Part shown: piece after piece, positions 40,645 through 50,055 of the stretch | Numbering within the stretch: the first letter of the stretch is position 1 | How the letters are laid out: each line of letters starts with the position of its first letter | Source: an uncultured Acidimicrobiaceae bacterium | Lineage (GTDB): Bacteria; Actinomycetota; Acidimicrobiia; Acidimicrobiales; Bog-793 | DNA length: 64,000 nucleotides | Direction of reading: 5' to 3' | Assembly (NCBI GenBank): GCA_963838845.1 | Contig: CAWISR010000003.1 | Coordinates: 1,092,322-1,156,321 of the forward strand | Translations under genes and position numbers: made by a program | Notes under the pieces: generated by a model | Told to the model about the DNA's origin: nothing | Database searches by the model: none | The model's input: only the letters and a program-made list of their open reading frames with translations

Positions 40645-42027
40645 GTGAGGCCGGTGCTCACCGCCGGAGAGATGGCCGAGGTCGACCGGAAGGCGCAGGC
40701 AACGGTCCGCATCGAGACCTTGATCGGAAGAGCCGGCTTTCAGGTCGCCCGATACTCGATAGCGGCAATGGGCGGCACCTACGGTCGCCGCGTCGTAGTC
40801 GTCGCCGGAAAGGGACACAACGGCGATGACGGTCGGACCGCCGCGCGCCAACTCGCACAACGGGGCGCCCGCGTGGCGATCATTCCGGTCGAAGAGGCCC
40901 CCTGGCGCCTGCCCGAATGCGACCTCGTGATCGACGCCGCATTCGGGACCGGATTCCGCGGCGACTACCGCGCGCCGGAGCCACACCCCGAATCGATTGT
41001 TGTGGCGGTCGATATCCCATCCGGTGTCGCGGCCGACACCGGCGCCGCGGGCGAAGATGCGGTGGAAGCGGATCTCACGGTGACCTTCGGCGCTCTGAAA
41101 CCCGGGCTCTTGCTTGGTGAAGGTGCGCGGCGCAGCGGAGTCGTCGTCACCGAGGAGATTGGGCTCGACGCGAGCTTGGCGCGGAGCCATCTCGTTGAAA
41201 CCGCCGACCTCGGGTCGCTTCCGGCGCGCGAACGGGAAACGAACAAATGGAGAACCGCACTCGGCATCGTCGCGGGATCTCCAGGCATGTACGGTTCGGC
41301 GGCCTTCGCCGCATCCGCGGCCGTACGCGCCGGGGCGGGGATGGTGCGGCTCGGATCTCCGGGCGTGCCTCCTGGGACGATCCCAGTCCTCGAAGCTGTG
41401 GCGTTCGAACTCCCTGACGAGGATTGGGCGCAAGCCGCGCTCGACGGGTGCGCACGGTGCAAATCGGTCGTCATCGGACCGGGACTCGGCCGCCGCGAGT
41501 CGACGGGTCGATCGGCAGTCGAGTTCGTCGACCGGATCGACGTGCCGGTGGTGATCGACGCCGACGGTCTCATCGCCTTTGGCGTCGTTTCCGATGCGGC
41601 GAAGATCCTCGGTCGGCGGCACGCGCCGACGGTTCTCACTCCCCACGACGGCGAATTTGCCCGCCTCGCCGGTGAACCCCCGGGCGTCGACCGGGTAGCC
41701 GCGACACGGGACCTCGCGCGGCGCCTCGGCGCGATCGTGCTCCTGAAAGGTTCGACGACGATCGTCGCCACTCCCTCGGGCGAGGTGCTGTTCGCGACGT
41801 CGGGGACGCCGAGCCTCGCGACCGCCGGCACCGGCGATGTCCTCTCGGGGGTCATCGGTGCCTTCATCGCCCGCGGGATGGACCCGTTCCACGCCGCCGC
41901 GCTCGGTGCACACGTGCACGGCCTGGCCGCGTCGATCGGACTCGCTGAAGGACTCGAGGCTTCGGACCTGCCCCTCCTTATTGCCTCGACGTTGTCGAGC
42001 TACGTCGAATCGACCGAGCCCGAGTGA
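40645..42027 (+). CDS. nnr: Bifunctional NAD(P)H-hydrate repair enzyme (epimerase / ADP-dependent dehydratase, YjeF-type)
   Basis: The N-terminal YjeF_N region reads VVVVAGKGHNGDDGRTAARQLAQRG. The C-terminal carbohydrate-kinase region reads ...VVIGPGLG...VIDADGL...LTPHDGEFARL...LLKGSTTIVA...GTGDVLSGVIGA. Confidence 0.9.
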   Translation: MRPVLTAGEMAEVDRKAQATVRIETLIGRAGFQVARYSIAAMGGTYGRRVVVVAGKGHNGDDGRTAARQLAQRGARVAIIPVEEAPWRLPECDLVIDAAFGTGFRGDYRAPEPHPESIVVAVDIPSGVAADTGAAGEDAVEADLTVTFGALKPGLLLGEGARRSGVVVTEEIGLDASLARSHLVETADLGSLPARERETNKWRTALGIVAGSPGMYGSAAFAASAAVRAGAGMVRLGSPGVPPGTIPVLEAVAFELPDEDWAQAALDGCARCKSVVIGPGLGRRESTGRSAVEFVDRIDVPVVIDADGLIAFGVVSDAAKILGRRHAPTVLTPHDGEFARLAGEPPGVDRVAATRDLARRLGAIVLLKGSTTIVATPSGEVLFATSGTPSLATAGTGDVLSGVIGAFIARGMDPFHAAALGAHVHGLAASIGLAEGLEASDLPLLIASTLSSYVESTEPE

Positions 42028-43232
42028 AAGCCACGTACCGCGAAGCGTGGGCCGAGATCGATCTCGGCGGAGTGCAGCACAACGCCCAGCTGCTCTCTCG
42101 AATCGTCGCACCGGCGAAGCTCTGCACGGTCGTGAAGGCAGATGGCTACGGCCATGGAGCGATCGAGGTCGCGCGAGCCGCCCTCGAGGGTGGCGCGCAC
42201 TCGGTGGGTGTCGCGCTCGCGGAGGAGGCGATCGCGCTGCGCGAAGCCGGCATCGACGCGCCGATCCTGATGTTCACGGAGCCGACCGAGGCCGCGGCCG
42301 AGCCACTCGTCGACGCTGGCGTGACACTCACGCTCTATCGTCCCGACGCGATCACGATCGCGGATCAGGCCGCGCGTCGGCTCGGCAGGTCGGTACGGGT
42401 CCACCTGAAGGTTGACACCGGGATGCACCGGGTCGGGGCGGATCCCGCTGATGCCGTCGCTCTGTGCGAGTCCATCCTCCGGTCGCCGGTAATGCGCCTC
42501 GAGGGACTCTGGACCCACTTCGCCGTGGCCGACGACCCGGACGACGGGTTCACCGACGATCAGCTCTCCCGTTTCGCCCACGTCGCGGCGCAGTTGCGCG
42601 AGGTGGGCATCGTGCCATCGGTGTTGCACGCGGCGAACTCCGCCGGAGCGATCGCCCACCCGAGGAGCCGCTTCGACCTTGTCCGCTGCGGCATCGCGTC
42701 GTACGGGTACGCGCCGTCGGCGAAGGTGGCACCGGTTCTCACCCGCCAGGTCCAGGCCGTGAGTCCAGGCGAGTCCCTCACGCCCGTGCTCTCGCTGAAG
42801 GCGCGCGTCCACTTGGTGCGCGACCTCGAGGCGGGTGAACGTGTGAGCTATGGCCGCACGACGCCCTTACCGCGTGATGGCCGCGTCGCCGTCGTGCCTC
42901 TCGGCTACGCCGACGGGGTGACGCGCCGCCTCGGTTCTGCAGGCGGCGAGGTGCTGATCGGCGGAAAACGGCGGCCGATCTGCGGGACGGTGACGATGGA
43001 TCAGCTCATGGTCGATTGCGGCGACGACGACGTCAGGGTCGGCGATCCCGTCGTCCTGATCGGCCGCCAGGTCGGCGAGGAGATCACCGCTGACGAATGG
43101 GCCGAACGGCTCGGGACGATCGCGTACGAGGTGCTATGTGGGATCGGACCGCGCGTTCCGCGGGTTGCGCGACGGCGGATCGCGGCTGACGCAGAAGCAA
43201 GCGGAGCGGACGCCGTCCCTGTTCGAAGCTGA
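42024..43232 (+). CDS. alr: Alanine racemase
   Basis: AWAEIDLGGVQHNAQLL...LCTVVKADGYGHGAIEVARAAL...YGYAPS...; GTGA overlap with nnr. Confidence 0.93.
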   Translation: MKATYREAWAEIDLGGVQHNAQLLSRIVAPAKLCTVVKADGYGHGAIEVARAALEGGAHSVGVALAEEAIALREAGIDAPILMFTEPTEAAAEPLVDAGVTLTLYRPDAITIADQAARRLGRSVRVHLKVDTGMHRVGADPADAVALCESILRSPVMRLEGLWTHFAVADDPDDGFTDDQLSRFAHVAAQLREVGIVPSVLHAANSAGAIAHPRSRFDLVRCGIASYGYAPSAKVAPVLTRQVQAVSPGESLTPVLSLKARVHLVRDLEAGERVSYGRTTPLPRDGRVAVVPLGYADGVTRRLGSAGGEVLIGGKRRPICGTVTMDQLMVDCGDDDVRVGDPVVLIGRQVGEEITADEWAERLGTIAYEVLCGIGPRVPRVARRRIAADAEASGADAVPVRS

Positions 43233-43277
43233 CCTCAGCCCGAGGGAACCTCCTGGTCAGACGGTTAGCATGGCTGC

Positions 43278-43844
43278 GTGGTCGCGCTCGCCGAGCTCGA
43301 GCGAGCCGCGAAAGCCTGTGTCGCGTGCCCACTTGCTACGGGACGTACGAATGTCGTCTTCGCCGCTGGGTCGCCGCACGCTCGACTGATGTTCGTCGGC
43401 GAGGGACCGGGTCGAGACGAAGACCTCGCCGGCGAGCCGTTCGTCGGGCGCTCTGGGAAGTTGCTCGACCGGCTGATCGAAGAGGAGATCGGATTGACCC
43501 GCGCCGAGTGCTACATCGCGAACGTCGTGAAGTGCCGGCCGCCGAACAATCGCGATCCACATCCCGACGAGGTCGCCGCGTGTCGACACTTCCTCGACGG
43601 CCAGGTCGAAGCCGTCAACCCCGCTGTCGTCGTCACCCTCGGCAACTTCGCCGCCCGGGCCCTGCTTGGCGGGACCGACGGTGTCACGCGACTGCGAGGA
43701 AGGACCTATCCGTTCGGCCATCGCGTCCTCGTGCCGACCTTCCATCCCGCCGCGGCGTTGCGCGGTGGCGGCGTTGTGCTCGCGCAGATGCGGGCCGACT
43801 TCGTACGCGCGAAGCGCGTGCTCACCGGGGCCGTCCCCTCATGA
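43278..43844 (+). CDS. Uracil-DNA glycosylase, family 4
   Basis: ACVACPLATGRTNVVFAAGSPHARLMFVGEGPGRDEDLAGEPFVGRSGKLLDRLI...ANVVKCRPPNNRDP...FHPAAALR. Confidence 0.9.
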   Translation: MVALAELERAAKACVACPLATGRTNVVFAAGSPHARLMFVGEGPGRDEDLAGEPFVGRSGKLLDRLIEEEIGLTRAECYIANVVKCRPPNNRDPHPDEVAACRHFLDGQVEAVNPAVVVTLGNFAARALLGGTDGVTRLRGRTYPFGHRVLVPTFHPAAALRGGGVVLAQMRADFVRAKRVLTGAVPS

Positions 43845-44368
43845 GCAAGCCCGAAATGACCTTCGACGTCGATTCACGTTCAGTGGAAGACACGCAGCGG
43901 ATCGGTGCCGCCATCGCGTCGGTGCTCGATCCCGGCGACGTCGTCTTGCTGATCGGTGAGCTCGGTGCGGGAAAGACGACGCTCACGAAGGCGATCGTCG
44001 AGGCTCTCGGTGTAACCGGCGTTACGAGTCCGACGTTCACGCTGTGTCACCGTTACGACACCTCGCCTCCGATAGCCCACGTCGACTGCTATCGAATCGA
44101 CGACGGTGACGCCCTTGCGGATCTCGCACTCGAAGAGATGCTCGACGACGGATGCGTTGCGATCGTCGAGTGGGGTGAGCGACTGCGCGAGCGCTTCGGC
44201 GGCGAGGCGTTGGAATGCGCGCTCGTGCCCGGACCGGGCGACAGCTTCGATCACCGCCGCGTGACGTTGCGGGCGATCGGGACGCGCTGGTCGCTTCGCG
44301 CCGACGAGTTGCACGATCGCATCACCACGTCGCTTGGGGCGACGCCGATCGGCGGGACGGCGACGTGA
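43841..44368 (+). CDS. tsaE: tRNA t6A37 biosynthesis ATPase TsaE
   Basis: ...VVLLIGELGAGKTTLTKAIVEALGVTGVTSPTFTLCHRY...HVDCYRI...; ATGA overlap with the UDG gene. Confidence 0.9.
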   Translation: MSKPEMTFDVDSRSVEDTQRIGAAIASVLDPGDVVLLIGELGAGKTTLTKAIVEALGVTGVTSPTFTLCHRYDTSPPIAHVDCYRIDDGDALADLALEEMLDDGCVAIVEWGERLRERFGGEALECALVPGPGDSFDHRRVTLRAIGTRWSLRADELHDRITTSLGATPIGGTAT

Positions 44369-45063
44369 AGCTCCTCGCGATCGAAACGGCGACGCTCAAC
44401 GTCGGCACCGCCATCTTTGAAGACGACCGGGTACTGGCGGCGACCTTGAGCCGCCCCGGCCGACTGCACGTCGAAACGCTCCATCCGGCGATCGGACGAG
44501 TCCTCGCCGAATCGAACACGCCGCCCGGCGCGCTCGCGGCGATCGCGGTGGACGTCGGGCCGGGGCTGTTCACCGGTCTGCGCGTCGGCATCGCGGCGGC
44601 GAAGGCGTTCGCGTTCGCCTTGTCTCTGCCCGTTGTCGCTGTGCGGAGCACCGAGGCACTTCGTGAGGCAGCCGCGCGCACCGTCGGCGATGACGGCGTG
44701 ATCGTCCCGGTCGTCGACATGCGTCGGGGCGATGTGGCCTGGGAACTCGAAGACGGCGCCGTGGAGCTCGGAACGCCGGAGACGCTCGCCCTGCGACTCT
44801 CCGCCGTTGGTCCGGTCGCGCTCGTCGGGGATGGCGCGTTGCGCCTCGGTGACGAACTCGTTTCCTTGAGTGGCTCGCACATCATCGAGAATGAAGCGTT
44901 GCTCGCGCCGTCAGCCGAAGCGGTCGGTCGTTTGGGCATTATCCGCCTCGATCAAGGCGTCGTTGAAGACGCGATCTCGATCGCGCCGGTGTATCTGCGC
45001 CAAGCGGATGCGATTAGCAATTACGAGACGCGAGCCTCCGCGAGGTCAGGAGGGCGGCGGTGA
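44365..45063 (+). CDS. tsaB: tRNA t6A37 biosynthesis protein TsaB
   Basis: KLLAIETATLNVGTAIFEDDRVLA...LAAIAVDVGPGLFTGLRVGIAAAKAFAFALSLPVVAV; GTGA overlap with tsaE. Confidence 0.9.
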   Translation: MKLLAIETATLNVGTAIFEDDRVLAATLSRPGRLHVETLHPAIGRVLAESNTPPGALAAIAVDVGPGLFTGLRVGIAAAKAFAFALSLPVVAVRSTEALREAAARTVGDDGVIVPVVDMRRGDVAWELEDGAVELGTPETLALRLSAVGPVALVGDGALRLGDELVSLSGSHIIENEALLAPSAEAVGRLGIIRLDQGVVEDAISIAPVYLRQADAISNYETRASARSGGRR

Positions 45064-45641
45064 CACTTCGTCGTTCACGTCGGCGAGTCGGCCTGCCACT
45101 TCCGCCGTGCAACGGCGAGGTCGTCGACATCGTCGAGATGCGCCGCCGCGACATCCCCGCCGTGGTCGCGATCGAACGCGAGATCTTCGCCGAACCGTGG
45201 TCGCAGGGCCTTTACCTCTCCGAGCTCGCGCAGCGCGCCACCCGCCGCTACTACGTCGCCGTCGCGGCCGGGAACGTCGTCGGGTACGCGGGCGGAATCC
45301 TCGTCGCCGGGGAAGCGCACGTGACGACGATCGGCGTCGCCCCGTCTTGGCACAAGCGCAAGATCGGTGCGCGGCTGTTGTACCGATTCGTCGCGGACGC
45401 TCGCGATTGGGGCGCCGCTTCGATCACGCTTGAAGTGCGGATGTCGAATACCCCCGCGCAGCGGCTTTACGAGTGGTTTGGCTTCGCCCCCGTTGGCGTG
45501 CGCAAGAACTACTACGTCGCGACAGGCGAGGACGGCCTCGTGATGCACGTCGCCGACGCCGACTCCGAGGGGTACGGCGAGCGGCTGCGCGCGATCGGAC
45601 GTGCGCTCGGCGAGGTCGTCGAGGAACGGACCTCGTCGTGA
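45060..45641 (+). CDS. rimI: Ribosomal-protein-alanine N-acetyltransferase (GNAT)
   Basis: ...MRRRDIPAVVAIEREIFAEPWSQGLY...IGVAPSWHKRKIGARLL...LEVRMSNTPAQRLYEWFGF. The start is either the GTG at 45060 (GTGA overlap with tsaB) or the ATG at 45138. Confidence 0.85.
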   Translation: MTLRRSRRRVGLPLPPCNGEVVDIVEMRRRDIPAVVAIEREIFAEPWSQGLYLSELAQRATRRYYVAVAAGNVVGYAGGILVAGEAHVTTIGVAPSWHKRKIGARLLYRFVADARDWGAASITLEVRMSNTPAQRLYEWFGFAPVGVRKNYYVATGEDGLVMHVADADSEGYGERLRAIGRALGEVVEERTSS

Positions 45642-46669
45642 GCTCGCTCGTCCTCGGCATCGAGACATCCTGTGACGAGACGGCCGCCGCCGTCGTCGAA
45701 GACGGACGCATGATTCGGTCGTCGATCGTCTCGAGCCAGGTCGACCTGCACGCGCGATTCGGCGGTGTCGTCCCTGAACTTGCCGGGCGCGCCCATCTCG
45801 AGCGGATCACCCCGGTCGTCATCGAGGCCCTCAAAGACGCCGGGATCTCGAAGGACGCGCCGGCTTTGAACGCCGTCGCCGCGACGACGGGACCCGGACT
45901 GGTCGGTGCGTTGCTCGTCGGTGTGTCATACGCGAAGGCCCTCTCGCTCGCGTGGGGGGTGCCGTTCGTCGGCGTGAACCACCTCGAAGGTCATCTCTTC
46001 GCTTCACTCCTCGAGGAACCCGACATCGAACTCCCGGCGGTCGTGCTGCTCGCCTCGGGTGGTCACACCCTGCTCGTCGAAATGTCGGCGCCGGGTACCT
46101 ACGAGATGCTCGGCGAGACCGTGGACGATGCCGCGGGAGAGGCGTTCGACAAGGTGGCGCGCTTTTTGGGCCTGCCGTATCCGGGAGGACCGGCGATCGA
46201 GCGGCTCGCCGCATCCGGCGATCCGGACGCCGTCCGTTTTCCTCGACCGATGCTCGATGACGGTCTCGCGTTTTCGTTCTCCGGCCTGAAGACCGCCGTC
46301 GTGCGCCACGTGCGGGCCCACCCCGACATCGACAGCGCCGATGTCGCGGCGGCGTTCGAAGAGGCGGTCGTCGACATCTTGGTGACGAAGGCGATCCGTG
46401 CCGCTCGACAGACGGGCGCCCGCTCGGTCTGTCTCGCCGGTGGGGTCGCGGCGAACGGGCCGCTCCGGCAGGCCCTTTCCTCGGCGGCAATCGCGGCGGG
46501 TCTCGGCGTGTTCCTGCCGAGCCCGAAGATGTGCACGGACAACGCGGCGATGATCGCCGCGGCGGCGACGGGACACCTCTTCGACGCCGGTCCGAGCGAT
46601 CTTTCGACCGGAGCGGCGCCGGGCCTGCGGCTGTCTCCCCGCCGTCGGATCGAATCCGCAGCTCGCTGA
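45638..46669 (+). CDS. tsaD: tRNA N6-adenosine threonylcarbamoyltransferase TsaD
   Basis: SSLVLGIETSCDETAAAVVEDGRMIRSSIVSSQVDLHARFGGVVPELAGRAHLE...; GTGA overlap with rimI. Confidence 0.95.
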   Translation: MSSLVLGIETSCDETAAAVVEDGRMIRSSIVSSQVDLHARFGGVVPELAGRAHLERITPVVIEALKDAGISKDAPALNAVAATTGPGLVGALLVGVSYAKALSLAWGVPFVGVNHLEGHLFASLLEEPDIELPAVVLLASGGHTLLVEMSAPGTYEMLGETVDDAAGEAFDKVARFLGLPYPGGPAIERLAASGDPDAVRFPRPMLDDGLAFSFSGLKTAVVRHVRAHPDIDSADVAAAFEEAVVDILVTKAIRAARQTGARSVCLAGGVAANGPLRQALSSAAIAAGLGVFLPSPKMCTDNAAMIAAAATGHLFDAGPSDLSTGAAPGLRLSPRRRIESAAR

Positions 46670-46675
46670 CGCACC

Positions 46676-47428
46676 GTGCGAGACTCGCCGCCGATGGATC
46701 GGGACACCTACCTCGCGCACGTCCGCAGCGACGGCAAGCGCCTCATCGAGGTCGCGAAGGGGTCGGCCGCCGCCCCGATCCCGAGCTGCCCGGAATGGGA
46801 CATGCGCGCGCTCGTCGGCCACGTGGCGTCGGTCCATGCCTGGGTGGCGAACATTCTCGAGAACGACCTGCAGACGCGCCCCGACCTCCGTCGCGTCGAC
46901 GAGCTAGTCGGCCACTTCGACGACGTCGCGGCGGACTACGAATCGAACTTCGCTCGCCTTCTCGCCGCGCTCGAGGCGACGACAGATGACGACGTGGTCT
47001 GGAACTGGTCCGATCGGAAGCCCGCGCCTGCTGCGTTTTGGTTCCGTCGGATGGCTCAGGAGACCGTGATCCACCGAGTCGACGCGGAGCTCGGCGCCGG
47101 CGTTCCTTCGCCGATCGACGCGCCACTCGCCGCCGACGGAATCGGCGAGTTTCTCGGCCTGCTGCAGCGCTTCATCGTCTACGAACCCGTGGAAGCGATG
47201 TCCGGCTCGATCGCCTTTGCGACGACCGACGTCGGGGACGAATGGCGACTCGCACTCGCGCCGGACCACGTCGAGTTCATCGAGGACGAGGTCGACGCGA
47301 CCGTGCGCGGTGCTGCTTCGGACCTGTATTTGTGGGTGATGCACCGTGACGACGGCGACACCGCACTGCTCAGTGTTGGCGGTGATCGCGAGGTCGTCGA
47401 GCGGTGGCGAAACGTGAAGTTCGCTTGA
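46676..47428 (+). CDS. DinB-like / mycothiol-dependent maleylpyruvate isomerase-family (TIGR03083-type) protein
   Basis: MDRDTYLAHVRSDGKRLIEVA...CPEWDMRALVGHVASVHAWV...FWFRRMAQETVIHRVDAE... The start could be the ATG at 46694. The family call comes from the N-terminal motif pattern only. Confidence 0.6.
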   Translation: MRDSPPMDRDTYLAHVRSDGKRLIEVAKGSAAAPIPSCPEWDMRALVGHVASVHAWVANILENDLQTRPDLRRVDELVGHFDDVAADYESNFARLLAALEATTDDDVVWNWSDRKPAPAAFWFRRMAQETVIHRVDAELGAGVPSPIDAPLAADGIGEFLGLLQRFIVYEPVEAMSGSIAFATTDVGDEWRLALAPDHVEFIEDEVDATVRGAASDLYLWVMHRDDGDTALLSVGGDREVVERWRNVKFA

Positions 47429-48888
47429 GGCGGAAGGACCGCGGGGCGGCAGAGCCGACTCGGGCGGTCGTCGTCGGTTCGGGACCGAACGGCCTCGCGG
47501 CTGCGATCGAGCTCGCCCGCCACGGTCTCGAGGTGGAGGTCCTCGAGGGTGCGGCGACTCCGGGCGGCGGCTGCCGCAGCGCAGCGGTCACCGAAGCAGG
47601 CTTCGTGCACGACCTCTGCTCGGCGGTTCACCCGCTGCTCGCGGAGTCCCCCTTTTTTCGTGAGCAGGCTCTCGCTTCGCGCGGCGTCGAGTTGCTGGTT
47701 CCCGAGGTCGCCGTCGCCCACCCGCTCGACGGTGGGCGGGTTGGCGCGGTGCGGGTAAGCGTCGAGGAGACCGCCGCGTCGCTCGGCGCGGACAACGACC
47801 CGTATCGGCGAGTTTTCGCCTGGATGGTGCGCGACCGCGAGAAGCTCATCCCGACCCTGCTCGCACCGATCCGCACGCCGCCGGTCCATCCGGTGCCGGC
47901 AGCACGCTTCGCCGCGCTCGGTCTTCGCTCGGCGCGCCACCTCGCCCGACGATTCACCTCGGACGAGGCGCGTGGAATTGTCGCCGGCGTCGCCGCGCAC
48001 TCGATGCTCGCGCTCGACCAACCCCTGACGGCATCGTTCGCTCTCCTGCTCACGACGCTCGCGCACTCGACGGGATGGCCGATCGTGCGCGGCGGGAGCT
48101 CGTTCATCGTCGATGCGCTCGTGGGGGAGCTCGAAGCGCTCGGCGGGAAGGTGACGTGCGAAACCCGAGTGAACTCGCTCTCCGACGTTGGGCCCGCCGA
48201 CGTCGTGCTCTTCGACGTCGCTCCGAGCGCACTCGCCCGCATCGCCGGCGACGCGCTCCCGACCCGCTACCGGCGTGCGCTCGAGCGCTTCCGGAACGGA
48301 CCGGGCGTCTTCAAGATCGACTACGCGTTGAGCGAAGCCGTTCCGTGGAGTTCGCCTGCGTGTCGCGTCGCTGGGACGGTGCACGTCGGCGGTTCGTTCG
48401 AGGAGGTGGCGCGCGCCGAAGCCGATGTCGCCCAAGGCCATCATCCGGACCGGCCCTTCTGCATCGTCGTGCAGGCGAGCGTGGTCGACCCGTCGCGCGC
48501 GCCCGCGGGGCGGGCGACGTTGTGGGCGTACTGCCACGTCCCGAACGGGTCGGACGTCGACATGACCGGGCGGATCGAGGCCCAGATCGAACGGTTCGCC
48601 CCCGGCTTCCGGCAGGTCGTCACGGCCCGAGCGACGCGTGGCCCGGCACAGCTCGAGGCCGAGAACCCGAACGACGTCGGCGGCGATATCGCGGGGGGTT
48701 CGTCGGATCTGCTCCAGACGATCTTCCGGCCGGTTATGCGGTGGAACCCGTACCGCACCCCGATCCACGGCGTCTACCTCTGCTCGGCGTCGACGCCACC
48801 GGGCGGTGGAGTGCACGGCATGTGCGGCTTGCACGCCGCACAGACGGCGCTTTCTGACCTCCGCCACCGCGCCCGGGACCGAGTCTGA
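47404..48888 (+). CDS. FAD/NAD(P)-binding oxidoreductase, phytoene-desaturase (CrtI)-like family
   Basis: The Rossmann motif is AVVVGSGPNGLAAAIELARHGLEVEVLEGAATPGGGCRS and the C-terminus reads ...GVYLCSASTPPGGGVHGMCG. An alternative TTG start at 47425 gives a TTGA overlap with the upstream stop. Confidence 0.8.
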   Translation: MAKREVRLRRKDRGAAEPTRAVVVGSGPNGLAAAIELARHGLEVEVLEGAATPGGGCRSAAVTEAGFVHDLCSAVHPLLAESPFFREQALASRGVELLVPEVAVAHPLDGGRVGAVRVSVEETAASLGADNDPYRRVFAWMVRDREKLIPTLLAPIRTPPVHPVPAARFAALGLRSARHLARRFTSDEARGIVAGVAAHSMLALDQPLTASFALLLTTLAHSTGWPIVRGGSSFIVDALVGELEALGGKVTCETRVNSLSDVGPADVVLFDVAPSALARIAGDALPTRYRRALERFRNGPGVFKIDYALSEAVPWSSPACRVAGTVHVGGSFEEVARAEADVAQGHHPDRPFCIVVQASVVDPSRAPAGRATLWAYCHVPNGSDVDMTGRIEAQIERFAPGFRQVVTARATRGPAQLEAENPNDVGGDIAGGSSDLLQTIFRPVMRWNPYRTPIHGVYLCSASTPPGGGVHGMCGLHAAQTALSDLRHRARDRV

Positions 48889-49055
48889 GCAGTTCGCCAG
48901 GGCGAGGGATGCCTCCGGGCGGCAGGTGATGCCTGCCCCCTCGCTGGACACCGGACGACACCCTTTCCGAGCTGGCCGTTTCGCTGCACACTGGCTGCAC
49001 GATCGCCCGTGCATCGCGCGGGTGGAGCGGGCCCGAGGGCCCGGTTTGGGGGGCG

Positions 49056-50054
49056 ATGATGCGCACCGAGGCTTCGGTTACTTCGATTTCGTGGATCCCT
49101 TCAGAGGCGATCAGCGGCGTCGCGGTGCGCGCGCCCTTCGACGTCGGGATCACGCACTACGACAACGCACCACCCGAGGTCGTGACCGACCTCGAGGAAC
49201 TCCGCGTCGCGGACCGCTTCCGCTTCGCGAACGAGTTGCGCGGATTCGTCGAGACCCAGAACGGCCGCATCGTCGACTACGGGCAATCGGGCGGTGGCGT
49301 GATCGGTTCGACGACGGTGCGGCTCGGCGGACTGCAGAAGACCTTCCAGGCGGTGCCGCTTCCCGACATCCGTCCCGATGCGGTCGTCACCGACCGCAGC
49401 GTCACCTTCGTCCAGACGGCCGGCGGACGGACAGGGATCCCCGCTCCGCGGCGTGTCCGACGCGCCCCGTTCGTGCAGTTGTCGGCGCCGCTCGTGTGGA
49501 CGACGCTGGCGCTCACGATCTTCGTCGACGGGCGCACTCGCATCGAGCTGCGCGGTGCGAGCCCGTTCCCGCGGCATTGGATCTATGGGCCGGACGGCAA
49601 GCTTGAGCAGAAGTCCGGTCTCATCGACTTCTCGACGTGGTACCGGCGCGCGTTCGGCGTCCACAGTCCGTGGGGCGACCGCGATTCGCGGGCGCTCACG
49701 ACCGCGATCGAGACCGCGCTCGAGCGCGAGCTTTCGACCGTGCTGATGAAAAGCGGCGAACGTCCGCGCGTCGCGACGGTTGCCGAGGGCTCGACGATCC
49801 TCGAACAAGGGGAGTCGGGGAACGAGCTGTTCTTGGTCCTCGACGGCGTCGTGCGCGTCGAGGTCGACGGCAAGCCACTCGTCGAATGCGGCCCAGGATC
49901 GGTCCACGGCGAGCGCGCCGCGCTCGAGGGCGGCAAGCGCACCGCGACGGTGCGTGCCGTGACGAAGTGCAAAGTTGCCTTCGCCTCGGCCGATCAGTTC
50001 GACAAGGACGTTCTCACAGAGCTCGCGAGCGGGCACCGACGGGAACTCGACTGA
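49056..50054 (+). CDS. Protein with unknown N-terminal domain (about 230 aa) and C-terminal cyclic-nucleotide-binding domain
   Basis: The C-terminal region is GSTILEQGESGNELFLVLDGVVRVEVDGKPLVECGPGSVHGERAALEGGKRTATVRAVTKCKVAF. It contains the phosphate-binding-cassette pattern G-E-x-A ... R-T-A. I did not recognise the N-terminal domain. Confidence 0.8.
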   Translation: MMRTEASVTSISWIPSEAISGVAVRAPFDVGITHYDNAPPEVVTDLEELRVADRFRFANELRGFVETQNGRIVDYGQSGGGVIGSTTVRLGGLQKTFQAVPLPDIRPDAVVTDRSVTFVQTAGGRTGIPAPRRVRRAPFVQLSAPLVWTTLALTIFVDGRTRIELRGASPFPRHWIYGPDGKLEQKSGLIDFSTWYRRAFGVHSPWGDRDSRALTTAIETALERELSTVLMKSGERPRVATVAEGSTILEQGESGNELFLVLDGVVRVEVDGKPLVECGPGSVHGERAALEGGKRTATVRAVTKCKVAFASADQFDKDVLTELASGHRRELD

Positions 50055-50055
50055 C

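Noticed and set aside
40207-42111. 634-aa minus-strand ORF opposite acpS and nnr. Analogous long antisense ORFs lie at 47179-49014, 21250-22578, 14801-16093, 31495-32637, 57356-58900 and 62004-63065
   Set aside because: All are antisense to well-supported conserved genes and have Arg/Asp/Gly-rich composition. They are shadow ORFs.
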